The notes: generated by a model from the sequence alone, not told the origin. Counted from the stretch's first letter, positions 1 through 14,732 are shown. The stretch: 64,000 nt of DNA from Selaginella moellendorffii (GCF_000143415.4 NW_003314316.1:1010177-1074176); one strand, 5' to 3'. Program-made: numbers and translations.

Positions 1-719
1 CGGGGTAGTTTCCAGATCGACCCCCTTCCCCTTCGCTTCGCGAACTGGAGGCACTCTCAACGGCTCAATGTTGGAATATAGTTTTTGAACATCGCTGTAG
101 GTGAGGTCCGTGGATTCCATGTGATCTTCATAGACCCGCAGCGTCTTTGAAATTGTGGGCCTCCTGGACAACCTCTCCCTAGCTCCCTCTAGGAATTCCT
201 CATAGCCGCTGCCCCCCTCCGGGAAGCCGCTAGGATGTGCAAGGTGGATCTTGAAGGCGGACGCTGTCTCTACCACAAGTGCCAGTCCATATTCTTGCAT
301 GGAACTGCATGGAGTGTCTGTCACTTGGATGAGGATCCCCATGCATTCTTTTCTCCCACCATCTGTGTTGTACAGCCTCAGATCCTCGCCTTCCATCCCG
401 AAAGTCCAACTGGTGAGCTCCTCCCCCTTCTCTGCATCCACATTGACAGTGGCTGGAAGAAGAACGCAATTCCTCGCCTGTTCAGAAATGCACAACAATT
501 AGAGCTGACAGATGAAAAGCTAGCAGCTGGAAATAACGTGAGGCCACACGCCATTCACCACTGCATCAGATGTCTTGAGGCTGCATCCTAAGATGGCATG
601 AGGCTACACGCCATCTGTAACCGGACTGCACTCAAGAGCCCAATCGGTGCATGCCAATGTTGCTACTGAATGGCATGTGGCCTCATGCCATTTTCTACTT
701 GGCCTAAAAGACTTACCAT
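1..719 (-). CDS. 5' end of the accessory ParB-like gene in copy 1 (continues outside the window)
   Basis: Homologous to 21725-22443. ATG 717-719, predicted intron 478-716. Confidence 0.65.
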
Positions 720-1132
720 TTGAAGCCGAATGGAGGCCGTGACAATCAAGGCCAGACTCGCTGGCGAATGTGCACTGTGTGTGCAGCGGATCGTAGCAGC
801 AAGGCTACTCTGCCACTTACAGTTGGAGAGTGGCGCTGAAATCTCCCGGGATGCCAAGTGGGCTGCGTGTGGGTGGCGGAGTGGGCGGCGGAGTTGGCGG
901 CAAAGTTACAAACTGAAGTGGACGCCGATGCACACGAGTGCGATGCGAGCGCGAGTGTGATGCAAGCGCGAGTGGACGCCAATGCACACGAGAAACCTGT
1001 AGAGAAGGTAGATGAGCGCGAATGTGAGCGTGATCGCGAGTGGGAGCGCGATGCGAGCGCGAGTACGATGCAAAACCTAACCTCACACGCGCGAAATGTC
1101 ACGACGGTTGGTAATCCCGCCACGTCATCATT

Positions 1133-1805
1133 TGTAGCACACCTTATCTCTCTCCCCTTAAGCCAACTGGAAAAGGGGCAATTGCTTGATGAGAGAGCCC
1201 TTAGTGGCTATTTTGTCCCCATTTATCCCCCAAGGTTCCAAGGATCCACGGTGACAATATATCCAAATCTCATCCCATGATCACATGCGCTACACTCACC
1301 CCCCCTTTAGAGATGTCAATGTCCTCATTGACTATTGACTAACAACCCCTACTGAGCCAAGGGGAACCAGCACCTCCATTTCCGCACTCAATCTACCAAT
1401 CCTTCCATTGTGTAGACCAGCTATTCCATGTGAGGCAACTAGTCATCCACCCGTACCGCAGTCCCACGATGGATACCTTCGTCCGTGGATACTCCACACA
1501 AGAGGAAGGACGTACGCATGGATGTTCACTACATACGATTTCAAATTTAGGGGTAGGAATATACCTTGCTCAAGGGTATATTATATTTTAGATAGCCACT
1601 AATCAATGGGAATCGAACCCGTGCCATTTGCTCTGATACCAACTGTAGCGCACCTTATCTCTCTCCCCTTAAGCCAACTGGAAAAGGGGCAATTGCTTGA
1701 TGAGAGAGCCCTTAGTGGCTATTTTATCCCCATTTATCCCCCAAGGTTCCAAGGATCCACGGTGACAGTATATCCAAATCTCATCCCATGATCACATGCG
1801 CTACA
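1133..1805 (-). mobile_element. TRIM (miniature non-autonomous LTR retroelement, 673 bp) nested in copy 1
   Basis: 162-bp LTRs 1133-1294 and 1644-1805 (TGTAGC...GCTACA). iMet PBS TGGTATCAGAGC on the minus strand (1630-1641), PPT next to 1295, TSD TCATT (1128-1132 / 1806-1810). No recognisable retroelement coding sequence. Confidence 0.92.
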
Positions 1806-3687
1806 TCATTCCTCGGACTTGGGCGCCACCATTAATTTCTGGATCGCCGCGCGCATGCATGCACGTGAAATCCAAAAGAAATCCGCAACGTCATCATTCC
1901 TCGGACTGCATGCACGCGAAATCCAAAAGAAAGATCATGATTGGGATATCATTTAATACCCTCGCTATATTTATACCATGCATGATTGGATATTCCAAAG
2001 CATCTTGTATTTCCAAAAATGCCAGATGTTCAACTAAATAAAGAATGGTATACAATGTCCTTCTTGATGACCCTGCAAAGAAGCATCTGGATCGGACACC
2101 ACATGAGACCACACGAGCCTTACAATGTTTCAGGGGCATTTGCCACAGATCTGACCGTTATTTTGCTCCAAGATTCTACAGTTTGGTGTGCATTGACCTT
2201 TCCATCGACACTGCAAAGGGACATCACAATCAGATGCGGGATCACAAGAAACCTGTTATGAAATAAAAGGACCCTCTCTATTGAAATGTGTTTATGGTTC
2301 TAGGGGCATTGTGACATATCAAAGGATTTTACATCAAGTTCTGTATTTGCATGTTTATCAAGCTACTGAATTGCTAAACCCTAAACCCTAAACATGTGGC
2401 AAATGCTGCATGAAGAAAGATGCCCTTTCTGGGCAAATGCTGTAAGAGGCAGATGCTGAGCAGATGTATCTCAGGCTAGTGAAGGGGACAAACGAAAGCT
2501 AGCTATAAACATGACGGGATGCAAATAGATTACTAGGCTAGTCCTGCGAAAATCAAAAACCATAATTGAAAACATTGAAAATGCAAAAAGAAAGGTTTAT
2601 AATATTTTTGAATTTTAAGCAACCAAAGGAATGTAAGTAGGGCATGTGTTTGTAAGTTTAAAAATACCTCAACCACTTAAATTCCCAAGTAAATAAAGCT
2701 GTTTCTATTTTTGGTACAGGTAAACTTTATAGCGTGTGGGCTCATGCAATTTTGAACCCAAAAATGCACCAAAAAATGCTCGACTAGCATTATTCTTTGA
2801 ATGGCGTGTGGCCTTATATTGCCATAAATGGACGTACACACACAGCATAATTATTCCTTTACACGGCGAATAATCTTGGCACGGATCGCTGACATGGCAT
2901 GGCAAAGTTCGAATCACTGACATGGCACAGCTGGATCGAGGCAAGGACATGATGTGACAAAGTTCAACCTCCGACAGCAAAGTCTAGAAGCTACTCAGTT
3001 TGAAATTTGTCAGAGGAATTATAAGATCTGGTTTGTCAGAGGATTTGATGTGACGTTCAAGCGTGTGTTATTTTTGAATTCTCAAACTCATTCCTAGGTC
3101 TATCATTTTTGTGCGCCATGTTCTTGGTTCCGCTGAGCGCAGTGAGCGCTACTTGTGTAAGCGGCGTTGTGGGCTGTGGTTTATGCGTCTATGAGCGGTT
3201 GCGGCATTGCGAGCGCCATTGCGAGCGGTAGTTTATGCGAGTGGCAGTTTGTGCGAGCGGCGCTACGAGCAGTTGCGGTGTTGCGAGCGGCGCTATGAGT
3301 AGTTGCGGTGTTGCGAGCGGCACTGTCTTTGGTGTGGCTACCGCTTCCTCTTGATATTCGGCACTTGTGCTTCCTGGTATGTTCACCATGGAATGGCTTA
3401 GGACCACATTTAGAAATGGCATGAGGCCACATGCCATCTTGGGCCCTTGCAATTTCATGGCTAGCGTATTGTCATGTATGTTTTTACTTGCCTGCAGCTG
3501 TGTGTATATCAAGATGGCATGAGGGCTCATGCCAATTTTGTGAATGCGAAATTTCACGTGGGTGTCAATAGCATGTTTGAATAATGGCATGTGGCCTCAT
3601 GCTATTAAGGTTGTTTGGTATGTTATGATTTAGGCCATTCTCCCATCATTTTTTGTATAGTCTTAACTTCTTTTCTGCACTTTCAGA

Positions 3688-6569
3688 ATGGCCTCCGCAA
3701 GTGCGAGGCATGTTCCCTCCGTGGATCTTAAGAACCGTGCTACATGGATTCAGGCAAAGGTGTTTCTAAACAACCCCGAGGGGGAGGTGGTAGCTGAGGG
3801 CTTAGCCACAGTTGTCGATCCAAGAGATGCAGTTGCTAATCAAGAATTGGGCTGGGATGATATTGGAGTTGCGATTTTAGAGGTTGTTGACACAAAAGAA
3901 AACAGTCTGACTATTGGAAGCATTGTGCGGTGGAAATTGAGGCACTTAGTGTTTGAAAATGTGAAGGATTCACAATCAAACACCACTACAACTGATGACA
4001 GAACATCTCTTCATGGGAAAAGAAAGTACACCTTCCTAAAGCGCAGCCAAAGGGATCTAAGAAACGAACCGAAAAGGCAGAAAATGGCGATGGAGGTTCG
4101 AATGGTCTCGACAGTTGTTTGTTGCAAAAGGAGGTGCTGTCAACATGCTGATTGGGATGCTATTGAAGAGGAGAGAGCAAGATACAAGACATTGTCCTGG
4201 AAGGCAGCTCGCAATTTTGTGTATGAGGCATTACGGTCATCTGTTGATGCTTCAGAACATCAGGTGGGGGGCATGGTCTTCCAGAGGGGTTTGGTCTGCA
4301 TGAAGGCATGGAGAATCATTTATGGAGTCCCTCGAACCACATTCTACAGAATCAAAACTGAGTTCGAGGAACAAAGGGTTCAACAGGCAGTCCATGGGAA
4401 CGACGGTACTCACAAAACCAGGGGTCATGTTGTATATGGAGAGGCAATCTTCAAGAGGTTTGTCGAGACATGTAGCGAGCAGCAACCACATAAAACCCGC
4501 CTCTTGGAAGATGGAACTCGAGACACCCAACGAGTTCTCCCTTCCATGTATACCAAGGGGGCCATATTGGAAGATGTGAATCGGGAACTCCAGAGTAATG
4601 GCTACAGGAAGCTGAGCCAATCTAGATTTAGTAGATTGTGGAGCAACAAGTTCAGGGATGTGAGTATAGGAAAGTACTCCAGCTTTTCAAAGTGTGACGA
4701 GTGCACTGCTATGAAAATGGCTTTGTCGAAGAATTCTTGCATCGCTCAAGAGCGAGAGACGTTGGTTAGAAGGCGGCTCAACCACAACATCGAGCAAAGA
4801 AGCTGCAGGACTGCATATTATCATAACAGGATTCTCTCCATGGAGAGACCTAACTCTTACCTCTGCATCATCCATGACAAAATGGACCAGAAAAAGACGT
4901 GCTTACCTCGACTCAATCCTGCCCCCAAGGCAATCTCTTCATCCATGCAGCTGCCTGTGTCTCTGTTTGGCATAATCACTTATGGGCATGGTGCCCAGAA
5001 CTATGGGAACTTCTTTGTACCTCTATGGGGTGGCGGGGGTGCAAACATGATGATTGCATCCCTAGCAAAACACTTAAGGTCTCTGCAAAGTGCGTAGACT
5101 GAGCTGAACGGCCCTTGTCAATCGAACCCCATACAGGGTTTAGCTGGAGGAGGAGCAAAGGCTTGCAGTATCGCGTGGGGCCCCATGCCATCCCAGTGAA
5201 TATGTTGGCCGTCAGATTGTAGGGTTATCACGTGAGGCCTCATGCCATTCCGACGAGGCTGGTTGCCCGGTGAATGCACAGCCTCATCCAAACGAAGCAG
5301 AATCTCAAGGAAGTTCTTGCGGCTGATATGGCCTTCCACCCCATCTTCTGCTCCAAACAGACAATGCTGGCAGTGAGAACAAAAACATGTACGTCTTCGC
5401 GTACTTGGTGATGCTTGTTGCCAAAGGCATATTTGAGACAGTTACACTTGGCTTTCTCATGGTTGGGCACACTCATGAAGACGTCGATGCCATGTTCAGT
5501 CACTTGGCAGAGTCCCTCCGGCGATCCAATGTCCTCACCCTCCCACAACTCTACGATGAATTCCAAAATTGCATCAAAGGCACTGTTGAAGCTGCCCTTG
5601 TGACAGAGGTTCCAGACTTTAAGGGGTTTGTAAGAGGCTACATCAGGGACGGATCCAAAACGCTGATTGGCCACTCCAAGCCTCTTCAGTTTCATTTCAG
5701 CATGCGTGACGGTGCTCCAGTGATGAGGTACAAGATGAGAGAATGGGACACAGTGTGGCTGCCAGTGGACGGCATTGAACTCTTCAAGAGAGATCCCATA
5801 ACTGGGGAACCTATGATTCCTCAGGGTTCCCCACGGCCGATGCACCTGGATGGACTCAAAGACCAAGAAAGTATAGTGGCCGGGATTAGATAGCATATTG
5901 CCTTCTGGAAGAGGGGGTTGGTGTTTGGTGGAGAATCCTATTTTCAGAGGTGCAAGCCTTTGCTCGAATACTGGGAGAAGATTATATCTGCTATCCAAAA
6001 TGGGCCGGTTGTATATGAAGAATTGGAAGAGTCCTTTTGGCCAGAACCCAGAGCACCAGATAGTAGCGAAACAATGTCCTCTGGAAATGCAGTGACAGAT
6101 AACAATGTTGAGGATCACTATTGTGGGCCAAGGAACAAGAAGCCGGATTCAGCATTCAATCCAGTACAGGTCTGCAAAGGACTGGTCGTGCTTGTCAGAC
6201 CCAGTAATAGAAAACAAATGATATGGGTGGGGCGCTGCATCACTTATGCAGAGGAGGACGCGGAAACTAACTCCTTCAATGTAACTGTGGAGTGGTTCAA
6301 GCCAAGTTCCGGATATACGAAGGATTGCCTAGAAAAGAGATGGGTGCTGAATCCAAGGGATCCCAACATGAGCATATCGGTAGATAATGTTGTGCATGGT
6401 TGGATGTGGAAGCAGAGTGCCACCATCACCTTGCCAGACCATGCAAGAGATGCAGCAAGAGCATTCATAACCCGGGTTCAAGGTGAGATTCATTAATATT
6501 CCTTTACTAAGTTTCTAATGTATTTTATTTCAAGGTGAACAATCCGAATCTGAATCAGAGGAGGCGTGA
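3688..6569 (+). pseudogene. Same transposase in copy 1, disrupted
   Basis: Same motifs. TAG at 5095 (shared with copy 2), a 17-bp deletion near 5112 that shifts the frame, and TAG at 5891 (CAG in copy 2). Predicted last intron 6483-6534. Confidence 0.82.
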
Positions 6570-8103
6570 TGGCATGTGGCCTTACGCCATTCCTAGGTGA
6601 GATGATACAAATAACAAGTATAAATTCTTAGTTGTTCTAGCAAATCTTACTTAAAGTTCAAGGTGAACAAGCCGAATATGAATTCATCGGATTGTTATAA
6701 CAAATTGCGAGGTGATGGCATGAGGTGATACGCCATTTGAGAGTGGTAGCCATTCCTATATGAGGTGAGTGAAATATTTATTAGAAATACCTCATTCAAT
6801 TGTGCACTTCTAAGTCTTGGTCCACTCAGTACTGTTTGCATGTTTTTATTTTAATTCTTTCTCTAAAATGTTATTTAGCATGTGGCTTCATGCCATTGCT
6901 CTCCACAATCATGCATTGAATTTTTCTATCCTTGCATAATACTTCTCCATATATATAGCATGTGCGCACATGTGATATGGTTTATTAGGCCTGATATAGT
7001 GTGTGAGGTAAAACAAAGATGATGTGACATATGTATTTACCAATCACAGGTGCATAAATCTAATAATATGGCGTGTGGCCCATATTAATGGCACATAAAC
7101 CCATATTGTGGGCTTACGTGCTTTATGTACCATCATTCCCTTGCAGCGTGTGTGTTGGTTTCCTTTTATAACACAACGAACTCCATATTTTAGGGTGAAG
7201 AGCGTTCTCATGGCAAGCACAAAATCTGTAAGTGAGGCAGAAAAGGAGACGGAGAAGGAGATAGGTGAAGATGTAGAATATATAAGTCTTCCAAACTCCC
7301 CATACTATACTCCAGGTGATCATTTTTCTGAACAAACGGCAACATTAACAACTATCGAAAACGCCCCAGTAACGTCAGAGACAACAATCCAAAGCAAAAC
7401 AACTGACCCGGAGAAGAATGATAGTACCGCTGAGAGTACCAAAAAGGAGGTGTCCACTAGCGCTTAGGCTTATAATAGCGTGTGCCCTCATGCCATTTAC
7501 TTGATCACCAAATACCTTTTTCCCTTTGCACTAGTATATCTTAATACCGGTCTGAGAAATAGAATGGCATTTGCCCTCAGGCCTTTTACTAAATCACCTT
7601 TGAAAGAAATGCAAGCCTCTATGTCGTAAAAAAAAGGTACTAGAGAAATTCCTTAATAATATGAATGTTATTTAGTTTCATGAAAATACACTAAGGGTCA
7701 AATGAGTTAAATGACTTCTCCAGACTAGCAATGCCTCTTGCTACACCTTCACAATTAGATTCGTTAGAAAAAGATAACATTGAATAATATCTAAATGTTC
7801 TCACCATTAAGTTATATGTCTGGCTAATAGGAATGACGTTCATCTTGGAAAGCTCACCACACGCTCAATGAACAAACAAATAGTGTGTGCACGCATGCCA
7901 TCGCTCTTCTTTAGCTTCAGATTCGGCTTGTTCACCTTGACAATGAGATTTATTATACAACCAGATGGACTCAGTCTGGACACAAAGTCACCGTGCTAGT
8001 CACCATGCCCTAGATATGTCTAGCCCCTGGACAAAAAACATATAATTTCACGTCATTTTCAAATACTTGAAAATTTGTACCTAGTCCCATTTTACTGAAT
8101 AAA

Positions 8104-8127
8104 TCCCACTTTAACGAAATAGAGCTT
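8104..8127. repeat. Right terminal inverted repeat (24 bp), copy 1
   Basis: Identical to 29884-29907, and similarity between the copies ends here. Confidence 0.9.
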
Positions 8128-11100
8128 TTTTCTTCTTGGAGAGATGATTTGCAACAAGGTGTGACTCATTGCTCGTGTTCACATTATGCAATCAAGAGTT
8201 CCTACCTTGATGCATATTGGAAATGATAGTCTTACAAATGGTGAGTTATGGGATGTATAGCGGTGAAGCACTAAACCATTTTGTCTAGACTTGCTATTGG
8301 AAGACTCGGGTTACAATGCTCAATTTTTTTTCGAGGAACCTTGCTATTGCTCCTTGAGTAGCTTAGTGTTGGATTAGTGTTGAGTTTAGTCGGGTAGAGA
8401 GTGGCACGAGCTTGTCCATGTTGTGAACAAAAGTTAATGGTGTTCACTGTTATAAATCTCTATCGGTGGAGTGTGGCATTTATGTTGCATTTTGTCGAGT
8501 CGAGTTAACACTTGATACTCACATAAACCTTTGAAGTAATGGCATGGGCATTGCTCTTGGTGTTGCTCAATTAATGATCAGGTCATTGTGATACTTATAT
8601 CATATCCATGTGATAATGAGCAATGTGTTTACGAAGTTGCTTGGTTAAACGATGATCAACCCCAAAGTGGTTGATGGTGAAGCTAGTCTACTTGCATGTA
8701 GTAGCATTGTAGTAGCTTCGACTGAGTTCTCAATGGTGACTCATTATGCTAAGCTTGAGTTAGTTCCTTAGTTCCTTGAGTTTGCCTATAAGGTGTTGGA
8801 AAAATGGTTGTAGCATTCACTTACTATAGTTTATCAGTTGATCTGTTAGCACTTGGAGTAGATTGTTGGATAGAGAAAGTGTGTAGTTGAGGCATTGACA
8901 TCGCTAACACTTGTGTTAGTGGAAGTGGCATTGTTATTTTGAGTGATGAGGAATTTTCCTTAGAGCTTGATTTTTCATGTCATTTTTCTTGTTAGTGTTT
9001 TGGCTTCACATTGGATCTTGAAGGTGATTGAAGAAAAGTGTTAGTGCAATGTGGATATTCGAAGTTGTGGTCTTCGTGATCAAGCCTTGGATGTTCATTT
9101 TTCATTTTGCGGATGTCAGTGTTGGATATCGGAAAAATAGGCAAAAGATGTTCGATACTTAAGCATATTGATGGATCATGAGAATTTGTGTTGAGGTGAA
9201 TCTATGTGAAGTAGTAGGTAGGAAGAAGTTGGTTGAGTCTTGAAAGTTTGTATTCCTGGACTTAGAGTTATTCTTTCTCTAGGATGGAAAACTTTTCACA
9301 AATTTTCTTAGAATTTTCCAATGGCTGATTTGTTGATCATTTTGCTCAAAAACCATTCCGTTTTCGTAAGCTAGTACAAACTAGTGGAAAGGTTGGAGTT
9401 GACTTCGGTTGGCTTAGACCTTAGTAAGTATTTTGTATGATGCGACCCGAAAGGGATGCTAACTTTTGAGGCTAAGGCAATTGAGTTGGATAGAGTCTAG
9501 AATTGGTGTAGAAAAGTGGCCGTTGCGCTTTTCTAAGAAGGGTGACCCTTGTGCTTTTCTTTTGTAGCGTTATGCTTGGTGGCAGGTTGCACCTTGCATT
9601 TCGTTAGACTCTATGAGAGTAGTGAACTCTCACTGATCTTGACTTAGTCTTGGTGGCCCTACACCTTGGCTGAGGATAGTGATGTCCAACTTAGTTTTTT
9701 GCAGTTAAGGTGTTGGTACCCATACTATAGCTTTGTCTAAGTGGAGGTTGTGTACCAATATGAATTTATCTCATAGTCTTCACTTTAGTTTCAACTGGGT
9801 GTTGATCATGTATAGCTAGCCTCTTCAAGGCATGCTCAGAGGTACTAGCTAAATGCATTGGTGAGTTTATCGCAGTTGAGTTGGATTCGAGTGGTCATTA
9901 AGAAGTCAAGACCAAAAGTTCCAAAGTGCAATGGCTAAAAGGTGAAAGCCCAAAGCGTTTGTCTCCCAAACCCTTAGGGGTTTGGTGAGCTCCAAAAGTA
10001 TAGTAAAGGGGAGGACTCCAGTGGAGCCAGTTTGGCTAGGAAAGGCCAGTTTGGCCCAGGACGGGTATACTTAGGTGTTGGGTGATGGGATAACCACTGG
10101 GAAGTCCAAGGCTAGAGTGAATACGGACCGACAAATGAAGTAACTTGGTGAAGTATTCAAGAGCATCCTCTAGTTCCCCTGGGAGATCGAATGGTCGATG
10201 CTCCCAGTCCAAGTGTGGGTGGCACTACCTACTTGGATACCTGGCGTGGCTCAACGGAACCTCACTCTAAACCCATGGGTAGAGCACCAAAAGGCGGAAG
10301 ATGGGGAGAGTACCCATGAGGCTTGCGTAAGGCCACAGTGTTCCGAAATGTTGTCCCACAGTCTCAAACTGTGAAAAAAAAGAGGAGCAATCCTCTAGTG
10401 CAGTGACCAAGGATATGGTCACATGGTGAGGAAGTCCCATAGGATAGTGGGACTTAGAAGTCGGGCCTGTGGGCCTTGATCTAGTGGCAGTGTTGGCAAA
10501 CACAGCTATGGACAGAAAGGGACTTGGTGGGGAGAGGGAAAAGAGATATTGGGGAAGGCTATTCCTCATGTCTGTGGGCATCCTAAGGATGCTAAGGAGT
10601 GGATCTGGGATGATCACTCATGGATGGATGGCCTAGTCTTTGAGAGACGAGACTGCGATGCAGGTGGTGTTGGACCACCAGTGTAACCAAGGTAAATGGG
10701 CATGGCCTTAACGTAACAGGCTGAGAGGTCGGTGGTACCTTGGGATGTTAATCATGGGATCAGACACGTGGAGCACTTGGACCAAGTGCAAAGGTTGAGT
10801 GGCATAGATGTCATTCTCGGGGCTAGCAAACCCCAAGTCTTAAATGGGACTTATGGAGGTTGTGAATGAGACTCCTCCAAGTGGTCAAAGGTGTGGTTAA
10901 GTGACTAAAGTAGAATGGAAAAATTAATCGCTTACATTATTCCAATGGTTCCGTGTGTTGTTCCATGTACCGTAGGTGAAAGTAAACTTTCCCTGGGTTT
11001 GCAATGAGTGGCAAATAGGCTGGTCCATAGCTATTTAGCACGGCACTAGTGGATCCTTCCTAGGCATGATTATAAGTGTATCAATCAAGACTATAGGGAT

Positions 11101-14100
11101 GAGTCTATTAATTCAAGTAGTCATTACCGTGCTCTCTCATAAACTTTTCATGGATTGGACTGAAGGCAATATGAATGCAAGCTTGAAGTTTAGTCAAAGT
11201 AGAGACCGAAAAAAGAGTCATCGGGGACAAAGGATCAAACACGTAAATCATTTTCTCTCCTTGGAGATATGATTTGCAACGAAGTGTGACTCATTGCTCG
11301 TGTTCACATTATGCAATCAAAAGTCCCTATCTTGATGCATGTTGGTTATGATGGTCTTACAAATGGTGAGTTATGGGATAGATAGCGGTGAAGTGCTAAA
11401 CCATCTTGTCTATGCTTGCTATTGAAGACTTGAGTTGCAATGCTCAATTCTTTTCTGGGGAACCTTGCTATTGCTCCTTGAATAGCTTGGTGTTTGATTA
11501 GTTTTGAGTTTGGTCAGAAAGAGAGTGGCATGAGCTTGTCTGTGTTGTGAACAAAAGTTAGTGGTGTTAGGTGTTGTAAATCTCTATTGATGGGGTGTAG
11601 CATTTATGTTGCATTTTGTTGAATCAAGTTGGCACTTGATAATCACATAAACCTTTAAAGTAATGACATGGGTATTGCTTTTAGTGTTGCTCAATTGATG
11701 ATCAAGTCATTATGATTTCTATATCATATCCATGTGATAGTGAGCAATGTGTTTACGAAGTTGCTTAGTTAAACGATGATCAACCCTAAAGTGGTTGATG
11801 GTGAAGCTAGTCTATTTGCACAAAGTAGCATTATAGTAGCTTTGACTAGATTCTCGAATGGTGATCCATTATGCTAAGCCTAAGTTGGTATCTTATTTTC
11901 TCGAGGGTTTGCCCATAAAGTGTTAGAAAAAGGTTGTAGCATTCACTTGCTATAGCTTGTCAATTGATCCGTTAGCACTTGAAGTAGATTGTTGGATGGA
12001 GAAAATGTATAGTTGAGGCATTGACATTACTAGCACTTCTGTTAGTGGAAGTGGCATTGTTATTTCGAGTGAAGAGGAAATTTTCTTTAAATCTTGATTT
12101 TTCATGTCATTTTTTTTTTTTAAAGTGTTTTAGCTTCATATTGGATCTTGAAAGTGGTTGAAGAAGAGCGTTAGTGCAATGTGAATATCCGAAGATTGTG
12201 GTCTTCGTGGTCAAGCCTTGGATGCTCATTTTGCATTTTGTGGATGTCAGTGTTAGATGTTGAATATATGGGCAAAGTGTTCGAGGCTAAAGCATACTAT
12301 GGACATACCTGTTTGAGGCTAAAGCATACAGTCGCACAGTGAGGCAGTCCCAAAGGCTAGTGGACTTAGCGGTCAGGCCTGTGGGCCTTGATCTAGTGGC
12401 AGTATTGGCAAACACGGCCATGGACGGAAAGGGACTGAGTGGGGACCGGAAAAGAGATATTGGGGAAGGCTATTCCCCATGTCTGCGGGCATCCTAAGGA
12501 TGCTAAGGAGTGAATCTGGGATGATCACTCAATGAACGGATGACCCAATCTTTGAGAGATGGGATTGTAAAGCAGGTGTTGTTGGACCACCAGTATGACC
12601 AAGGTAAATGGGCATGGCCTTAGCGTAACGGGTTGATATGTCAGTGGTACCTTGGGGTGTCGATCATGGGATTGGACACATGGAGCACTTGGACCAAGTG
12701 CTAAGGTTGAGTGGCATGGATGCCATTCTCTGGGCTATCACGCCCCAAGTCTTGAATTAGACTTATGGAGTTGGTATTCTCATCACATGGACAAGTGGTC
12801 ATAAGGGGCAAAAGGTTACCCCTAAAGGACAAAATCAAGTGTCAGAGTAATACTTGCAAAGATGGTCCTTGTGAGTAGGACATGAATACAAGGAGTTGTA
12901 TTCTAGTGTGCTGGCACCTTAAGAGTAGGACCTCATAGGTCGTCGGATTAACAAGTCCAAAAAACAAGATAACTCCAATCGAGTCAAGGAATAATCCCAA
13001 GGGATTGATGGAAACATTTGGATTGAGGTGTGTGGTGCCCCACAAAAGATGGGGAGGATTTTAAAATCCAAGTATGAGAACAATGGGTATCTCATTGGTG
13101 GCAAAATATGCCATGCTAAAGTTGTGGGAAAGAGTTTCCTGGAAGAACACAACTTTGGCTAAAAGTTGTGCGTGAACTGTATGGTGTAGTGCTAATGGAT
13201 AGTTGGCATAAGAGACAATTGTAGTGGTCTTGGCAAAAGACCTAGACACAAGTAAGAAGTGTCATAAAAGTAGGTTCATTGAGCTGATGGTGTAGAGACA
13301 CCAAACATACCAAGGCGTATTGCCTTGAGGTCATGTTGACGGTTCGTAAGAACCCCTTCTAAAGGAATCCCAATAGAAATGGGAATGGCATAGCATAAGC
13401 TGGAAGGCATGTGGTTAGAGTGTGGTGACCTAGATAATGATAGAGGTATGGAAGCACCAGCAATGAGTTGTAGGACTTAACAACTATGAGGCAACTAAGC
13501 AAAAAGTGCAAAATAATTAGTTAAACTAGTAGACGGTAACTAACTTCTTATTGGGATAAAGAAGTTAGATATACCCTTATGAGGGATAAATTGCTTATGT
13601 TGCGAGATATTAAATCAATGTCGTAAAGGGAATACTCATTGCCAAAGAGGCTATCATTGGGATACCCAAGCACTCTAGAACACCAAGAGGTGGTGTTTGG
13701 GATCATGAAGGCAATGGATAATGCCCAAGGGATAAAGTTCTTAGCAAATGATGGATAGAAGGTGCTATCCAAATGTCCAAGGTTGCGGAGACGAGAGAAG
13801 TCCATCTACCCAAATTAGACAAAGCCAAAAAAGAATTTTAGCAAGGCTAGTGATGGGCATATAAAGTCCCATAAGTAGCAACAGTGATCCCAATGTGTGG
13901 GATTACAAGGTGAGCAAACCCGGATTGAGGAACCACTCCCTAGGCTGTAGGGTAGGTTCATCCCTATGAATACTTACCAAAAGCATAGTAGAAAGTGCAA
14001 AGTTATCTTCTTAGCCTAGAGGAGAATGACCGAAGGAAATGTATAAGGCCAAAAAACAAGTAGTAAAGGATAGAACCGGACCATAGGAATTGATAGGCAT
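8128..14100. repeat. Mosaic of decayed repetitive, probably retroelement-derived DNA
   Basis: Internal diverged duplications: ~8131-9170 vs ~11251-12300, ~9450-9900 vs ~31755-32200, ~9940-10935 vs ~30715-31745, ~12330-12770 vs ~31228-31670. No long ORFs. Confidence 0.6.
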
Positions 14101-14109
14101 AACCAAGAG

Positions 14110-14732
14110 ACCAGTCTAACTATCTGCACAAGAGCTGTCTCATATCCAACATGCGTTGCGCGGACATGTAACACTCCGTTTTCGTTCAGAGTCCCACCAA
14201 TGACTTTGTCACCACTTCGTTTTGCGACCAGCCGAGCTTCACCAGTGATCATGCTCTCGATCACATGACTCTGTCCCCAAATCACCTCTCCATCAGTTGG
14301 CACCTTGGAACCAAGCAAAACTTTGACGACGTCATTCCGTTGTACGAGCTGCGTAATGATTTCTCGCTCGAAAGTAATTTTCCCTTCTCGTCCAGCATCA
14401 GGAGAATGGCTGTATCAGGCGTGAGATTCATAAGCTTCGCGATGGATTCAGACGTTTTCCCTTTGGCCAGAACCTCCAGGAACTTCCCTAGTGGAATAAA
14501 AGATATGAGAATTGAACTCGTCTCGAAAAGTCTGTCCCTTCAAATGAGTCGTCGCAGATCTTAAAGCGGAGTAGACAGAGTAGAAGTCCGCAGCATTTGT
14601 CCCGAGAGCTATGAGAACGTCGATGTTGGCCGAACCATGGTGTAGAGCATTATAAGCCCCGACGTAGAACCGCCACCCGATGACGAACTGAACAGGCGTA
14701 GACAAACTCCATCTCAGTATCTCGGTGAGCAT
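14110..14732 (-). pseudogene. Captured fragment of a P1B-type copper-transporting ATPase (HMA5/RAN1-like)
   Basis: LSTPVQFVIGWRFYVGAYNAL..GSANIDVLIALGTNAA.FYSVY and KVPTDGEVIWGQSHVIESMITGEA..V.KR.GDKVIGGTLNENGVL. Frameshifted and truncated at both ends. Confidence 0.9.

Larger units (their letters stand above)
1..8127. mobile_element. Right half of a second copy of the same transposon (copy 1; left part lies outside the window)
   Basis: Near-identical to 21725-29907. The offset steps from 21724 to 21763 to 21780 because copy 1 lacks 39 bp and 17 bp. Identity stops at the right TIR (8104-8127), and the flank is TTTT..., unlike copy 2. Confidence 0.92.

Noticed and set aside
858-1280. 140-aa ERE-rich ORF
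   Set aside because: It runs across a CG-rich repeat into the TRIM LTR and is interrupted by a stop in copy 2.
1133-1805. Cassandra-type TRIM carrying 5S rRNA sequence
   Set aside because: I could not see 5S A/C-box similarity in the 162-bp LTR.
2374-2393. Telomere or chromosome end
   Set aside because: Fewer than three units and internal to the element, so at most a telo-box.
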